Assembly: GCF_004010195.1 (NCBI RefSeq)
Contig: NC_057719.1
Coordinates: 20,287,433-20,351,432 of the forward strand
Length of the DNA stretch: 64,000 nt
Direction of reading: 5' to 3'
Source of the DNA: Chiloscyllium plagiosum
Lineage: Eukaryota
The translations under genes and the position numbers were made by a program. This document shows positions 10,914 to 25,014 of this stretch, one piece after another. Below the pieces are notes generated by a model. It was not told the DNA's origin and did no database searches. It worked only from the letters and a program-made list of their open reading frames with translations. The first letter of the stretch is position 1; every line of letters starts with the position of its first letter.

Positions 10914-13900
10914 ACAAAGAACAAAGAAAATTTACAGCCCAGGTACAGGCACTTCGGCCCTCCAAGGCTGAGCAGATCCAAATCCACTGTCTAAATCTAA
11001 CGCCCAATTCCTAAGCATCCGTATCTCTCTGCTCCCCACCTACTCATACATCTGTCCAGACACATCTTAAATGAATCTACCATGCCTGCCTCTACTACCT
11101 CTGCTGGCAAAGCGTTCCAGATACCTACCACCCTCCGTGTAAAGTACTTGCCATGTGTATCCCCCTTAAACTTTTCACCTCTCACCCTGAAAGCTTGACC
11201 TCTCGTTATTGAATCCTACACCCTGGGAAAAGGCTTGTCTCTATCCACCCTGTCTATACCCTTTTCTGTTTTTGTAAACCTCAATCAGGTTCCCCCCTCA
11301 ATCTCCTTTTTCCTAATGAAAACAATCCTAACCTACTCAACCTCTGTTCATAGCTATCACTGTCCACACCAGGCAACATCCTCGTAAACCTTCTCTGCAC
11401 ACTCTCCAAAGCGACCAGAACTTGTACACAGTATTCTAAATGCAGCCGAACAAAAGTCTTGTACAATTTTAACATGACCTGCCAGCTCTTATACTCAATA
11501 CCCTGTCCAATAAAGGCAAGCATACCATATGCCTTCTTGACCACTCTATCCACCCATGCAGCAACCTTCAGGGTACAATCGACCTGAACTCCCAGACCTC
11601 TGCTCATCAACTTTTCCCAAGGCTCTTCTGTTTACTGTATAATTTGCTTTAGAATTAGACTTCACAAAATGCATTACCTCTTATTTGCCTGGATTGAACT
11701 CTATCTGCTACTTCTCTGCCCAACGCTCCTGTCTATCTATATTCTCCTGTATTCTTTGATAGTCCCTTATGTTTTCTGCTACTCCACCAATCTTTGTGTC
11801 ATCTGCAAACTTGCTAATCATACCAACAGTGCCCTCTTCCAGATCATTTATGTATATCACAAAAAACAGTGGCCCCAACACTGACCCCTGTGGAACACCA
11901 CTGGTCACCTTTCTCCGTTTCGAGAAACTCCCTTCAACTACTACTCTCTGTCTCCTGTTGCTCAACCAGTTCTTTATCCATCTAGTTCAAACACCCTGCA
12001 CACCATGTGACTTCACTTTCTCCATTAGTTTACCATGGGGAATCTTATCAAATGCCTTACTAAAGTCCATGTATATGACATCTACAGCCCTTCCTTTATC
12101 TATCAACTTGGTCACTTCCTCAAAGAACTCTATTAAGTTGGTAAGGCACTATCTCCCCGACACAAAACCATGTTTTCTATCACTGATAAGCCCATTCTTT
12201 TCCAAATATAAATAGATTTTATCCCTCAGTACCTTCTCCAGCAACTTTCCCACCATTGACGTCAGGCTCACTGGTCTGTAGTTACCTGGAATATCCCTAC
12301 TACCCTTCTTGTACAGGGGGACAATTTGAGCAACTTTCCAGTCCTCCGGTACCTCACCTGTATTTAAGAATGCCACAAAGATATCTGTCAGGGCCCCAGC
12401 TATGTCCTCTCTCACCTCCCTCAGCAACCTGGGATAGATCCCATCCGGTCCTGGGGATTTGTCCACCTTAATAACCTCTAGTCTACCCAACACATCTTCC
12501 CTATTTATGTCAATGTGATCCAGACTAATGAAGCTTCTACCTCTAATCTCAACATTCATCATGTCCCTCTCTTCAGGGAAGACTGATGCAAAGTAATCAT
12601 TCAGAATCTCACACATTTTCTCAGGTTCGACAGACAGCCTTCCTTTCCTATCCTTTCGTGGACTAATCCTTTCCCTGGTAACTTTCTTGCTTCTTATATA
12701 TGAATAAAAGGCCTTGGGATTCTCCTTAATTCTGCTCATTAAAGTTATTTCATGACCCCTTTTAGCCCATTTGATTCCTCAGTTAAGACTAGTCCTACTC
12801 TCCTGATATTCCTCCAGGGCCCGTTTGTTCTTAGCTGCCTGGACCATATGTATGCTTCCCTTTTTCTCTTGGCTATTGGTACAATTTCTCCTGTCATCCA
12901 CGGTTCACGAATCTTGCCTTTCATATCCTTTGCTTTCCACACGACATGCCTATCCTGCACTATCTTTAACCTATCCTTGAAAGCCTCCCACATATCAAAT
13001 GTGGACTTCCCTTCAACTAACTCTATCCAATCCATATTTATAAGCTCCTGCCTAATTTTCATATAATTGGCATTGGCCCAGTTTAGTACGCTTCCCTTAG
13101 GACCACTCTCATCTTTGTCTATGAATATTCTAAAACTTACAGAATTGTGTGCCCAGAGAAATCCCCCACCACAACTTCTACCACCTGGCCTGTCTTATTC
13201 CCCAACACCAGGTCCAATATGGCCCCTTCCCTCGTCAGACTATCGACATACTGCTCTAGAAAACTCTCCTGGACGCTTCTTACAAATTCTGCCCCATCTA
13301 GACCTCTGACACTAAGTGTATCCAAGTCAATGTTGGGAAAATTAAAACCTCCCATCACCACCACCCTATTGTCTCTACATGTTTCCATAATCTGTTTACC
13401 TATTTGTTCTTCTACCACACGCACACTATTGGGAGGCCTGCAATACCGATGGAACTGCATTCTTATTTCTCAGCTCTACTCATAGCGCCTCACTGCTCAA
13501 GCCCTTCATTGTGTCCTCCTTTGGCACATCCCTGACCAGCAATGCAACTCCACCCCCCCCCCCCCTTTTACTTTCCTCCCTGTCCTGTCTGAAGCATCTT
13601 TATCCTGGAACATTTAGTTGCCAGTCGTGCCCTTCCTTCAACCAAGTCTCTGTGATTGCAATAAGATCATACTCCCAGGCACCAATCCAAGCCCTAAGTT
13701 CATCTGCCTTACACACTATACTCCTTGCATTAAAATATATGCACTTCAGGTCACCAGTTCTTTTGTGTTCATCTGCTCTCTGCCTACTCTAGCCCTTATT
13801 AATGTTAACTTCCTGATTCTTACAGTCTCCAGTTTCCACCTCACTGTCTCCTAGTCTTCTCCTCTAGTTCCCAGCCCCCTGCCACATTAGTTTAAAACCT

Positions 13901-15090
13901 CCCCAACTGCAGTACCAAAAACTCCCCCAAGGACATTCGTCACAGTCTGGTTCAGGTGTAGACCGTCCAATTTGTAATAGTCCCACCTTCCCCAGAACCG
14001 GTCCCAATGCCCAACAAATCTGAACCCTCCCTCCTACACCATCTCTCAAGCCACGTGTACATCTTGTCTATTTTTTCATTTCTATGTTGGCTAGCACGTG
14101 CCACTGGTAGAAATCCCGAAATCACTACCTTTGAGGTCTCCTTTTTAACTTCTCTCCTAGCTCCCTGAATTCTTCTTTCAGGACCTCATCTCATTTTTAA
14201 CTTACATCATTGGTGCCAGTGTGCACCAAGACAACTGGCTGTCCACCCTCCCCATTCAGAAAGCTCTGCAGCCGATCAGTGATATCCCTGGCCCAAGCAC
14301 CTGGGAGGCAAAATACCATCCGGGAGTCTTGTTTTCAGCCACAGAATCACCCATCTACTCCCCTTACAATAGAATCCCCTATGATTCTGGCCCTACAAGT
14401 CTTTTTCCTGCCCTTCTGAACAGCAGTGCCCGCCACAGTGCCATGATCTTGGCAACAGCTGCCCTTCCCTGGTGAGCCATCTCCCCCAACAGTATCCAAA
14501 ACGGTATACCTGTTTTGGAGGGAGACAACCACAGGGCTCACCTGCACTGCCTTCCTACTCTTTTTTTGCCTTTTGGTCACCCATTCACTGTCTCCTTCAG
14601 CAATTCTAATCTACGGATAGTTCACTAAATGTGCTATCTGTGACCTCCTCAGCATTGCGGATGCTCCACAGTGAGTCCATCCTCAGCTCCAGAGCTATCA
14701 TGCAGTCAAACAAGAGCTGCAGCTGGACACACTTCCTGCAAGTGTAAGAGTCAGGAATGTCAGCTACATCACAGAACTCCCACATCAAGCAAGAGGCATA
14801 TGCCGTGGGTTTGAGGTCCCCTGCCATTGTAAGCCTTCGCTTTATATCAACTAACTAAAACCAAACAATGCACTTAAATATACAAAAGAAAAGAAAGAGA
14901 AAAAATAAAAGCCTTATGTTACAGAGTCTTTATCTTCTGGTTAGAGGTGGGGAAGATTGAGAGAGGGAGTTACTACATGTGTAGTATCTTGGGTTTAGCC
15001 GCTGCCCAAATATACACGAAGCCCTTACATTCCCGGCACCCTCCTTGTCTCCACGTCACCTCTGCTCTGTCTCCCGTTCCCCCCAGACAG
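10914..15090 (-). mobile_element. Near full-length CR1/HER1-type LINE, frameshifted and inactive
   Basis: ORF1 pieces with Cys motifs (CLMWEF, TCRKC) and esterase motif IIGDSIVRG; endonuclease pieces (YCRPPNS, VMGGFNFPNID, ILDLVLGN); RT pieces ([52 protein letters not shown]). Confidence 0.95.
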
Positions 15091-15227
15091 GAAAAGCATA
15101 TTTCTGGTTTGATCTGACCAAGACCATATACAATTGCAATGTGACTTCCTTACTCCTGTATCAAACCCCCAGTAATGAAGGTCAGCATATTATTCATCTT
15201 CCTAACTGTTTATTTACTTCATTTATG

Positions 15228-15645
15228 TATTCATTCATGGGATGTGGGCATCACTGACAAGATCAGCATTTACAGAACATCCCTAATTGTCCAGCGGGTC
15301 AGTTCCAAGTGCATTATGGTCAGCCAAACAGGTAAGGACAGTATATTCCCTGCCCTATAGGGTCCGAATGAACCAGATGGCATTTTTTTACAGCAGTCAA
15401 ATGTCATTTCACTGAGTCGAGAACGTAGTGCACAGCAGGTCAGGCAGCAGCCAATGAGCAGGAGAATTGACGTTTCAGGCCTTCATCAGGAATTACACAG
15501 AGTAAATTAGGTGAGCATTTTATTCCCTTTTGTTTTTAAAAAAGTCAAGTTTCATCATTTGTTATGGTGGGATTTGAACCCATGTCCCCAGAATATTAGC
15601 CAATGTTCTGGATTATTGGTGACATTTCCACTCCACCACCATCTC
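15228..15645 (-). mobile_element. SacSINE1-like Deu-SINE with a PLE fragment inside (~15418-15495)
   Basis: Tail ATTCATTCATGGGATGTGGGCATCACTG, GAACCAGATGG core, tRNA-like head GGTGGGATTTGAACCCATGTCCCCAG. Confidence 0.65.
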
Positions 15646-17984
15646 CCTTGTTGACAGGTTACTGTCCCTGATGGGAGAGTCTAGTAATGTGCGACATGTG
15701 GGACATAATAAGCGGTCTCCCAATTAAGACAGAGATGTCAAGGAATATTGTCTTTGTTTTTTTTGGAATTCTTTACCAGAGAAAAGTAGACACTGGATTG
15801 TTAAACACCCCCAAGACAGGGGGTTTGATCTACAAGCAAGAGAAAAACAGGTAAGAAAGGGGATTGAAGGCCAAAATTAGACCGGTTTTGATCTTATTGA
15901 ATGGCAGAGGAGGCACAAGAGACAGAATGGCTCATATCTCCTCCTAACTATTGTGACCTTACAATCTTCAGGTGATTGGCTACCAGGAGTCAATGTGGAT
16001 CGGCAGGATTTATTGCAACTTCAGATACAAGAAACAGAATTTTGATTGAGCTGCTATCTGAAGGCCATGGATGGTGGATGAAGGCTATGAAAGCTCAAGA
16101 ATAGTCAAGTATGGATTAGACGGAGGAATGGCTGAGAGTTTCAGCAGTCGATGAACTGAGACAGAGATGATGTACGTTTTTTGTTATGAATTGGGTATTG
16201 AATGGAAATTATTTCTGTTTGAGGTTGCCTCAAAAGATTACAGAGTGTAATTCCATTCCTTTGACCCAAAATTAATATCCAATGTTGTTTAAATGCAAAT
16301 GCGCTCCCTCCCTTTCAGCTCTCAAAGTTTGAATAAATTGAATGTGGGCAATGCAATCATTTGGACCTGCATTCAGTGTCTGAAATGACATGTTATCTAA
16401 CAGGTACAAAAAATGACATAATGGAAAAATGAAGATGTGAAGGTTATACCTTTAAAGATTGACACAGGAAGAGACAGGCTGATTGTAATGCAAAGTGCTG
16501 ATTGCAATTGAGAGAACAACAGGCTGGTGAAGTAATCTTGCATGTGCTGCCTCACAACCTTTTCAAATATAAGCTGTCTGACATGAACAAGAGTGGCAAG
16601 GTGAGCAAACAATGACACATCATTAAACGGAGTCTGCTCTATATAGGCTTTGGATGTTTTTACAACCCTACTTTATGCAGTGAATAGCTGTAAGTGTTAC
16701 AAATGAATTGCAAAGATTGTTGAGAAGCATTTGGGCAAATCTAATGAGGGAAACATAAAGACTGCAGGTGACAAATATTAGTGGCTATGTGCATTATATC
16801 CACCATTAACTGGCAATTAGAATACAATCAGTCAACCTTTGTTATCAGGAAATTACAAGTGCATTGCTCACATATGTCGAACAGGCAAATGAAAGCTTGG
16901 TTTGACATGTTGAGGCATGGAATACTAATACAGTGAGGTGATGCTGAATTTGTCCAAGTCAATGATATGAAAATTGAGCAGTAGGTGCAAATTTGGGCAT
17001 CCTCATGATAAAAAAGCAATTATAGGCAAAATAAGATTGCAACAAGAGGGAATAGGAGATTATAGTTTCAAAAAAGGGCTCCAAGGTTCTCGGAAATGAT
17101 TTCTACATTTAAATGTGAAAAACAAAGGATTGTTTCAACTAATTGGTGAGTCAGCAACAACTGGCCATAATGGACATGTTCAAAAAGTAAGTGAGAAATC
17201 TTTAAATACAAAGGGATTTTCAGAATGACACAGTTTCAGCAGAAGTGCTGATTGGAAAAATGATGATAACGCTCCTTTGAATGGATTTGGATGGTTCTTT
17301 AAAAAAGAAGAATACAAAGTGGCTAGTGTTCCTTCACATTATTGTTTCAGCAGCAAGGAGAGTGAGACCGTCGACCGGGGGTTAACGGGTGTTATGGATT
17401 AGGCCAGATCACTCAAAACACTCTTAAACAGACATCCCAGACTGTAACTTTGCTATTTGTTTCAGTAATTATAAAGTGAAAATTACCCAGAGTAAGTTAG
17501 CTTGGTTTTAAAACAGACAAAAAGTTATTCACAAAATAACAGAATGAAACACAAACATATAGAATACCCACAGAAATCTGTCTATCCAAATTAGATTTCA
17601 TTATGCTGTTCTGAACATACGCAACAGTTCCAATAAACAAAAATCCCTTGAACGCAGAGCAAAAATGAAACAAAGGCTTACAGGTCGAAGTTAGAAGTGT
17701 CAAAGGAGAGAGAGTCGAGCAGCCTGGTTCCACACAGCTCACAGCTGAACTGACTCAAACAAGACTTCAGCTTCCAGGATTGACCACTTCCCTTTTATTA
17801 TACAGGTTACTTCTAAAACATGAAAGCGGTGGCCTAAAGTCTCATCTGTTTACGTATAAACAAAAAGGACTCCCTTTTATCTCTGTACCAACCCAGTCAT
17901 TTTGGAGCCCGGACTGTTTTACGACCCTTTTGAAAAAAAATCAAGGACTCAGTATCCTTGAGAAAAGGAACAGCTTTTAGGAAA

Positions 17985-18688
17985 ACGATCAACCCTGCCC
18001 GTCCAATCGCCACCAGGACAGAACCCCACTGGTCCTCATCTACCACCCCACCAACCTCCAGATACATCGTATCATCCTTCGTCATATCTGCCACCTCCAA
18101 ACAGACCCCGCCACCAAGGATATATTTCCCTCCCCTCCCCTATCAGCATTCCGGAAAGACCACTCCCTCCGCNNNNNNNNNNNNNNNNNNNNNNNNNNNN
18201 NNNNNNNNNNNNNNNNNNNNNNNNNNNNNNNNNNNNNNNNNNNNNNNNNNNNNNNNNNNNNNNNNNNNNNNNNNNNNNNNNNNNNNNNNNNNNNNNNNNN
18301 NNNNNNNNNNNNNNNNNNNNNNNNNNNNNNNNNNNNNNNNNNNNNNNNNNNNNNNNNNNNNNNNNNNNNTCCAGTTTCCTCATTTCCCCTCCCCCCACCT
18401 TGTCTCAGTCAAATCCCTCGAACTCAGCACCGCCTTCCTAACCTGCAACCTTCCTCCTGACCTCTCCGCCCCCACCCCAGTCTGACCTATCACCCCCACC
18501 TTAACCTCTTTCCACCTATCGCATTCCCAATGCCCCTCCCCAAGTCCCTCCTCCCTACCTTTTATCTTAGCCTGCTTGGCACACCCTCCTCATTCCTAAA
18601 GAAGTGCTTATGCCCGAAACATCAATTCTCCTGCTCTTTGGATGCTGCCTGACCTGCTGAGCTTTTCCAGCAACACATTTTTCAGCTA
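17985..18688 (+). mobile_element. Penelope-like element fragment (family A), spans an assembly gap
   Basis: DRTPLVLIYHPTNLQIHRIILRH...DIFPSPPLSAFRKDHSLR (PLE RT-to-GIY-YIG linker); 3' end with decayed hammerhead CTAAAGAAGTGCTTATGCCCGAAACATC. Confidence 0.8.
18173..18369. other. Assembly gap (N run)
   Basis: Ns. Confidence 1.
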
Positions 18689-18849
18689 CTTACTACCTGA
18701 CCCCAACTCTGTAAAAAATGCTGTTCCAGTAACATAATTATAAACATTACATTAATTTAATCTCAAGACCACACCGTCTCTGTCTTCTCCGCTGTCTTCA
18801 ATCTTCAACTGCTAATCTCCCTGGATCATCTTCATTCTTTTTAGTGTGA

Positions 18850-19450
18850 GTACGTTTTGTATGAAAAGGTACCTTTGATAAAGAGTGTCTTCTAATTTCT
18901 TTGACAGCAAGGTGTTTGATGGGCAGTTCGTTCTCCGGCTCTGTGGCAATTGCTTGGCTGGTGGATGGCAGTTGCTCCCTCTCTCACTCTCACTCTCATT
19001 TTTTTTAACTTTTTGCTCAGTTAAAACCTTCTCTCCCTTTCTTTATTGGCTAGCTTCAGTTGCCTCATTTGCAATTTAAGTTTTTCTAACTCTACTGCAC
19101 TTGTTTCTCTGATATACCTAAATGCTTGACCAACTCCATTACAATTTCAGCTTTCTTTTTGTCCCTGGTTAAACCCAATTTTACCCTATTTGTTAATTCT
19201 AAAAGTATATCCTCCCTGTGTCTTTCTAAACTTTCTTGGCAAATTTGACAATGTTTAGCAATGTTAAAAGCCATATCCCTCACTTTTTATTTAACCAACT
19301 ACAAGTAACAAAAATTGAACAAATTTTCTCACTCTAAGTTTTATATAAAGATCTCGGGCACTAATCGCCAAGTGTTTAAATCTGCTGGGACCTTTTGTAC
19401 ACTAAATCTGTTCAAATCGGTCCAAATCCTGTATGACAAGCCCCAGATTT
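18850..19450 (-). pseudogene. Gypsy-type gag N-terminal relic with degenerate tRNA-Pro primer-binding site
   Basis: ILLELTNRVKLGLTRDKKKAEIVMELVKHLG then VELEKLKLQMRQLKLANKERERR; minus strand TGGGGCTTGTC...AGGAT near 19427-19446 resembles TGGGGGCTCGTCCGGGAT. Confidence 0.55.
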
Positions 19451-19485
19451 TTATGATGTGGAAGTCAAACCCCTCTGTTAATTAA

Positions 19486-19692
19486 GTAGGAGGAAATGAG
19501 GACAACAGATGCTGGAGATCAAAGTTGAGAGTGTGATGCTGGAAAAGCACAGCAAGTCAGGCAGCACCCAAGGAGCAGGAGAATCGATGTTTCGAGGATA
19601 AGCCCTTTATCTGGCTTATACCTGAAATGTCGATTCTCCTGCCCCTCGGATGCTGTCTGACCTGCAGTGCTTTTCCAGCATCACATTCTCGA
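19486..19692. mobile_element. Fold-back Penelope-like insertion (family A), ribozyme cores decayed
   Basis: Inverted arms, tail on left arm, perfect 13-bp duplication CTCTGTTAATTAA (19473-19485, 19693-19705). Confidence 0.85.
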
Positions 19693-19828
19693 CTCTGTTA
19701 ATTAACTTTTAATTCCAGACTTGATCTTATTTAAATTTTACCATCTCCTATAAAGTCTGACAATAACATTGAAATCAGTGTCAGTTGTTAAGAGTAATCT
19801 GATTCACTAATTTCTTTTAGAGAAGGAA

Positions 19829-20172
19829 GTGGTGGCTTATTGGATAGCACTGCTGTCTCACAGCATCAGAGATCTGGATTTGATTCCAACCTTGGACAAC
19901 TGGCTGTGAGGAGTTTGCACATTCTCCCATGCCCGCGTGGGTTTCCTCCGGGTGCTCCCACAATCCAAAGATGTGGAGGTTAGGTGAATTGGCCATGGTA
20001 AATTGCTCATAGTGTTCAGGGATGTGCAGGTTAGGTGCATTAGTCAGGGGTACGTGGAGAGAAATAGGGCCAGGGGAATGGGTCTGGATGGGTTACTCTT
20101 GAGAGGGTCAGTGTCGGCTTGTTTGACCTAAGGACCTGTTTCCACACTGTGGGGATTCTATGATTCTATGAT
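19829..20172 (+). mobile_element. HE1-type V-SINE inserted into a Deu-SINE relic
   Basis: tRNA head, V-domain, (ATTCTATG)n tail; Deu-like sequence on both sides (~19740-19828, ~20176-20260). Confidence 0.85.
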
Positions 20173-21611
20173 GATGAAATATGCCACTCCTACCTGATCT
20201 GCCCTATGTGTGACTTCAGATCCTTAGCAATGTCCTTTGCTCCTAACTGCACTCTGGCTAAATCATCTCGCATTTTCAACATTCATTCCCACCATCACCG
20301 AAGCAGTGTTGCACCATCTATAAATTTCACTGTAGAAATTCATCAAGAAGCGTCATTATGCCAAACCCAGGACTGCTATCATCTTGAATCACAAACACAG
20401 CAGATAAGTGAGAACACCTGCAAGTTCCTCTCCAAGCTGCTCACAATCTAGATTTGAAAATATATCACTGTTCCTGCACTGCCACTGGGTTAAAATCCTG
20501 AAACCACCTTCGACAACAGCATTGTGGGTGCACCTGCAGCAAACTGAGTGCAGTGGTTCAAGGGGACAGCTCAGCAGCACCTTGTTTTAGGGTTGGGTAA
20601 TAAAAACTCGACCAATCAGCGGAGCTCATATCTCACAACTGAATCAAGAAACAGTTTCACTGAGCTGAAATCACCCTGTAAATTGCATGCAATTAGTTGA
20701 TTTTGAAGGTCAAAGACATTCCCTTCAGTATTGGAGGGTCCTGCCTGTTTCCTCTCATGCTCCTGACATAACTGGAAACTGATTTTGAGGCACTGGGACT
20801 CTCCAGTGTGATTCTCTGAGCCTGACTGCCATCCTACCCACTCCAACAGCCTTCACATTATACAATCCAATGCACTATCCCTTGATGTATTTTCTCCTCC
20901 TGAAAACATTACTCACAAATCTCTGGTCAGAATTCTAGTTGTCACTTTTCTCCGCATCTGAACAGTCCATTGATATCTCCTTGCCTCTAATAGCTTTCTT
21001 CTTCACTATCGAATGCTTAAACAATTTTTGTAGGACTGAGAAATCGCAGGTACCACCTTTCTGAAGTAAATCCAAGCTGACTGCCCTAATGAATCCATGT
21101 CTTTATTCACTCATGATATGGGGTGTAGGCATACTTTTATCCAAACATACTTCAAATTAGTTAAAAACAATGACTGCTAATCCAGAATACTTCAAATTAT
21201 ACTAGTACAGTAGTATTGCAATGGTTAACGCTTCCAACTTTGAAGCAAAAGCATCCACAGGAGGACTGTCAGCATGATATGAGAGATCCATTAAAAGAGA
21301 AAAGTAATGATATGTCTGTCATCACGACACTATAGGTTGCCATTAATCCTGCAATTTTGCTATGAAGTTGCAACTCCCCTCTCCTAGTTAGAAAGAATAC
21401 ATTTCGATGGGCCTGGATCTGTCATGTATTGATTGATCAAGATCGTTATCATTGTATAGAATAATAGTGGTTGAAAAAATTATTCAGGCAAGATGATTAC
21501 CATAACTTTTGTACATTGTGACACATTAATGTATTGTGGCAGAATTGAGCAGAAATATGACCAGTTCCTCAGTAATCTAAAATGAAGCAAGTATTGTGAA
21601 AAATATATTAA

Positions 21612-22070
21612 AGTCTTAGGGATATACAGCACAGAAATAGGGCCTTTGGTCCCACTCATCCAAGCCGACCAAGTTTCCCAAAATAAATTAGTCCCACTTG
21701 CCTGCATTTGGCCCATATTCCTTTAAACCTTTCCTATTCATGTACGGATCCAAATATCTTTTAAATGTTGTGATTGCATGCATCGACCACTTCCTCTGGC
21801 AAATCATTTCACAAATGAACCACCCTCTGAAAAAAATTGTCCCTCAGGTACCTTTCAAATCTTTCGCCTTTCAGCTAAAAATATGCCCCCTAGTTTTGAA
21901 CTCTTCCACACAAGAGAAATGATCTTTGCTGTTCACCTTATCTGTGCCCCTCATGAATTTATAAACCTCTATAAGGTCACCCCTCAATTTCCCATACTCC
22001 AGTGAAAGAAGTCCCAGCCTATTCTTATAATTCAAATCCTCCAGTCCCAGAAGCAGCCTGGTAAATCTTT
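21612..22070 (-). mobile_element. HER1/CR1 3' fragment
   Basis: AAACCTCTATAAGGTCACCCCTCA (RGDLIEVYK on minus) and CR1 3' UTR. Confidence 0.85.
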
Positions 22071-23004
22071 AGCATTCTTATTGTAAAATATACTCAGTTT
22101 TAAATTGATAATCCATAACAAACAGGGATGAAAAGCAGTCTACTCCAGTAAAGAACAGAGTTAAAAATAAGACAGGCGTTTTAATGTTTTATCTTGTGCT
22201 TTAAACTAATAATGCTCCATATAGATTGAGATACTGGTCTGATGTATCTTGGGCAGTAGCCATTTGCACTTATATATCCTGGAGGCTGTTAGCTCTTTAT
22301 GTCTAAGCTCTTCACCTTCTCAGGTACTGTAATATTCCTTTATTTACAGTTCAGGTCATCATAAAGATCTCTCTAGCATGGTGTCAAAGACCTTGCTTTT
22401 CATGGAGACTGTGTCTTTTCTCTTACTTGTGTCAAAATCATTCAATTACCATAATTTACATGAATCTCATTATACCACGTTTCCATATCCGCCCCTGCCC
22501 CCCACCCCCAGTCAAGATTGTCTCTACATATTTCCAGTCCTTTACCCTTACTTACATATACTGTCTTTGCATCATTTTCATCACTAGGAATATCATCACC
22601 GCCATTATCACTGATGTCACCATTAACACCAACAGCCTCTCAAATGTTTTAACTGCAAATTCTGAATCTCGGAGTTTGAGATAAGGTCGGACTCTGACTG
22701 GATGTTTTATCTGGTTTGCTGGAATTCCACGTTGTGGTGGAGGTCCTGTACAGTGTCCAGAATAATTGGATCATCCTGTCCATTGTCTGATATGGTATGG
22801 GTAAAGCATTCCCATTTTCTGTGATTGTCATTCTCAGTTTCACTTCTTGGCTTAAGAAAAAATAACTGCCTTCTTATTCTAGCTGAATATCCCTTCAGAT
22901 GTTCTGACAGTGTAGGCTGTCAATTAATCTGTTTGCTTGATGGCTGAAGCATCTTCACTTTCTGTATGACCTTAAGGATTTTCAGAGTTTTCTCCCTGTG
23001 CCTG

Positions 23005-23340
23005 GAGTTGTTCCCTCTCTGTCCTGATTTCTGCCTGCATAGTCAATTGAATTGTCTGTTCCAATGTCTGGTCCTCCTTGGATTGAAAGGAGTCTGACAA
23101 CTTCTCATCCCTCACACGAACTACCATATGGCCTGTAATTCATTCAAGCCTCAAAACGGCATACCCATACAATCCAGTGAAATGTTATAAATCCATTACA
23201 AAGGCCTTCTTTGGTTATCCTGAATATTGAGATTGCTGTTTAAATCTCACCCATAATATTGTCTTATTACTGAATTTCTTTGGGACTAAAACATGCATCA
23301 AAGAGTTTAAAGCATGCATTAATGCATCATACTCCATAAT
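23005..23340 (-). pseudogene. Gypsy gag relic
   Basis: HMVVRVRDEKLSDSFQSKEDQTLEQTIQLTMQAE resembles the RDRIVVGIRDxKLSxxLQxxxDLTLEKAI gag motif. Confidence 0.65.
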
Positions 23341-23937
23341 TTTTCTCCCATGCTTTGTCTCATCACTGTCTACAGCATAGAAAAGCATTCTGACTCAATA
23401 GTACTGCTGAATTGCATTTATGCATTATGTGGTTCTGAAGCATTGACACTGCTGCTTCCAGAGCTCTCAATTCTGAACTCATTATGAACCTGCTGGATTT
23501 CAAATGGCTGCGGTTATAGCAAGGTTTCTATAGGAGCTGCCACCCTGACAAACTATTCAGCTTGACTGACCTGGATGCATACAAAGAACAAAGTACAGTA
23601 CAGCCAAGACTGTGCTAACAAATGATGCATTTCTAACTTAAAAATCTTTAACCTCTACAATGTCCATATCCCTCTATTCACAGGGATGCCTATTCATATT
23701 TTTGTCAAGATGTCTCTTAAACAATGTGGGGCATTCCAGGAACTTACCACCTTCTGTGTAAAATGCCTACCTCTCATATCTCTTTTAAACTTTTCCCTGT
23801 TACTTTAAAGCAATGTCGCCTACGAATTGACATTTTTACCTGAGTACTAGTACCCTGAGTTCAAAGTTTGAGAGAAGGTTGTAGCTCGGGTGCTCGTTGT
23901 TGTGGTTCTGTTCGCCGAGCTGGGAATTTGTGTTGCT

Positions 23938-23970
23938 GACGTTTCGTCCCCTGTCAACTGACATCCTCAG
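23938..23970 (-). ncRNA. Hammerhead ribozyme motif (family B)
   Basis: CTGAGGA-TGTCAGTTGACAGGGGAC-GAAAC-GTC; partner at 24765-24798 has mutated core (GAAGC-ATC). Confidence 0.7.
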
Positions 23971-24360
23971 TGCTTGGGAGCCTCCTGTGAAGCGCTTCTG
24001 TGATGTTTCCTCTGGCATTTATAGTGGTTTGTCTCTGCCGCTTCCGGTTGTCAGTTCCAGCTGTCCGCTGCAGTGGCCGGTATATTGGGTCCAGGTCGAT
24101 GTGTTTGTTGATAGAATCTGTGGATGAGTGCTATGCCTCTAGGAATTCCCTGGCTGTTCTCTGTTTGGCTTGTTCTATAATAGTAGTGTTGTCCCAGTCG
24201 AACTCATGTTGCTTGTCATCCATGTGTGTGGCTACTAAGGATAGTTGGTCATGTCATTTTGTGACTAGTTGGTGTTCATGGACTAGGACTCATAGCAGCA
24301 CACAAACCAACAGCCACTCTCAGACAACAACTCACCAGGACAAAGGACCCGATACCCAGC

Positions 24361-24654
24361 ATGAACAAAACCAACGTATTGTACAAAATCCCATGCAAAG
24401 ACTGCACAAAACACTACATAGGACAAACAGGAAGACAGCTAACGATCCGTATCCATGTACACCAATTAGCCACGAAACGACACGACCAGCTATCCTTAGT
24501 AGCCACACACGCAGATGACAAGCAACATGAGTTTGACTGGGACAACACTAGTAATATAGGACAAGCCAAACAGAGAACAGCCAGGGAATTCCTAGAGGCA
24601 TGGCACTCATCCACAGATTCTATCAGCAAACACATCGACCTGGATCCAATATAA
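24361..24654 (+). pseudogene. GIY-YIG endonuclease domain of Penelope-like element (truncated)
   Basis: NVLYKIPCKDCTKHYIGQTGRQLTIRIHVH...HEFDWDN...REFLEAWH. Confidence 0.9.
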
Positions 24655-25014
24655 CCGACCATTGCAGCAGACAGCTGGAACTGACAACCGGAAGTGACAG
24701 AGATAAACAACTACAAATGCTGGAGGAAACATCACAGAAGCGTTTCACAGGAGGCTCCCAAGCACTGAGGATGTCACCTGGACAGGGGACGAAGCATCTG
24801 CAACACAAATTCCCAGCTTGGCAAACAGAACCACAACATAGTACACTGAGTCCTTGGGTTTGATCTTCTTACTATCAAATGATCCTGTGTTCTTACTATC
24901 CAGAATATTTCTGATTTGTGGTAAGGCTTTAAAATTTTGAAGTGCATTTGTTCTGCTTTTGGAGTCTTGCCGCTCTATAAGCTTCTAATCAAAGCCTTCT
25001 GAGATGTTGGCCAA

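Larger units (their letters stand above)
17390..18733. mobile_element. Probable LTR (TGTTA...TAACA) interrupted by a Penelope-like element
   Basis: Starts TGTTATGG, ends GTAACA; no matching TSD found. Confidence 0.4.
23861..24838. mobile_element. Penelope-like element (family B) with inverted duplication
   Basis: Minus arm 23861-~24281 and plus arm ~24290-24838 both cover the GIY-YIG end and 3' repeat; duplication TAGTAC(C/A)CTGAGT (23848-23860, 24839-24851). Confidence 0.92.

Noticed and set aside
16404..16600. Plus-strand exon-like segment with AG/GT borders
   Set aside because: Stops in all three frames; no other support
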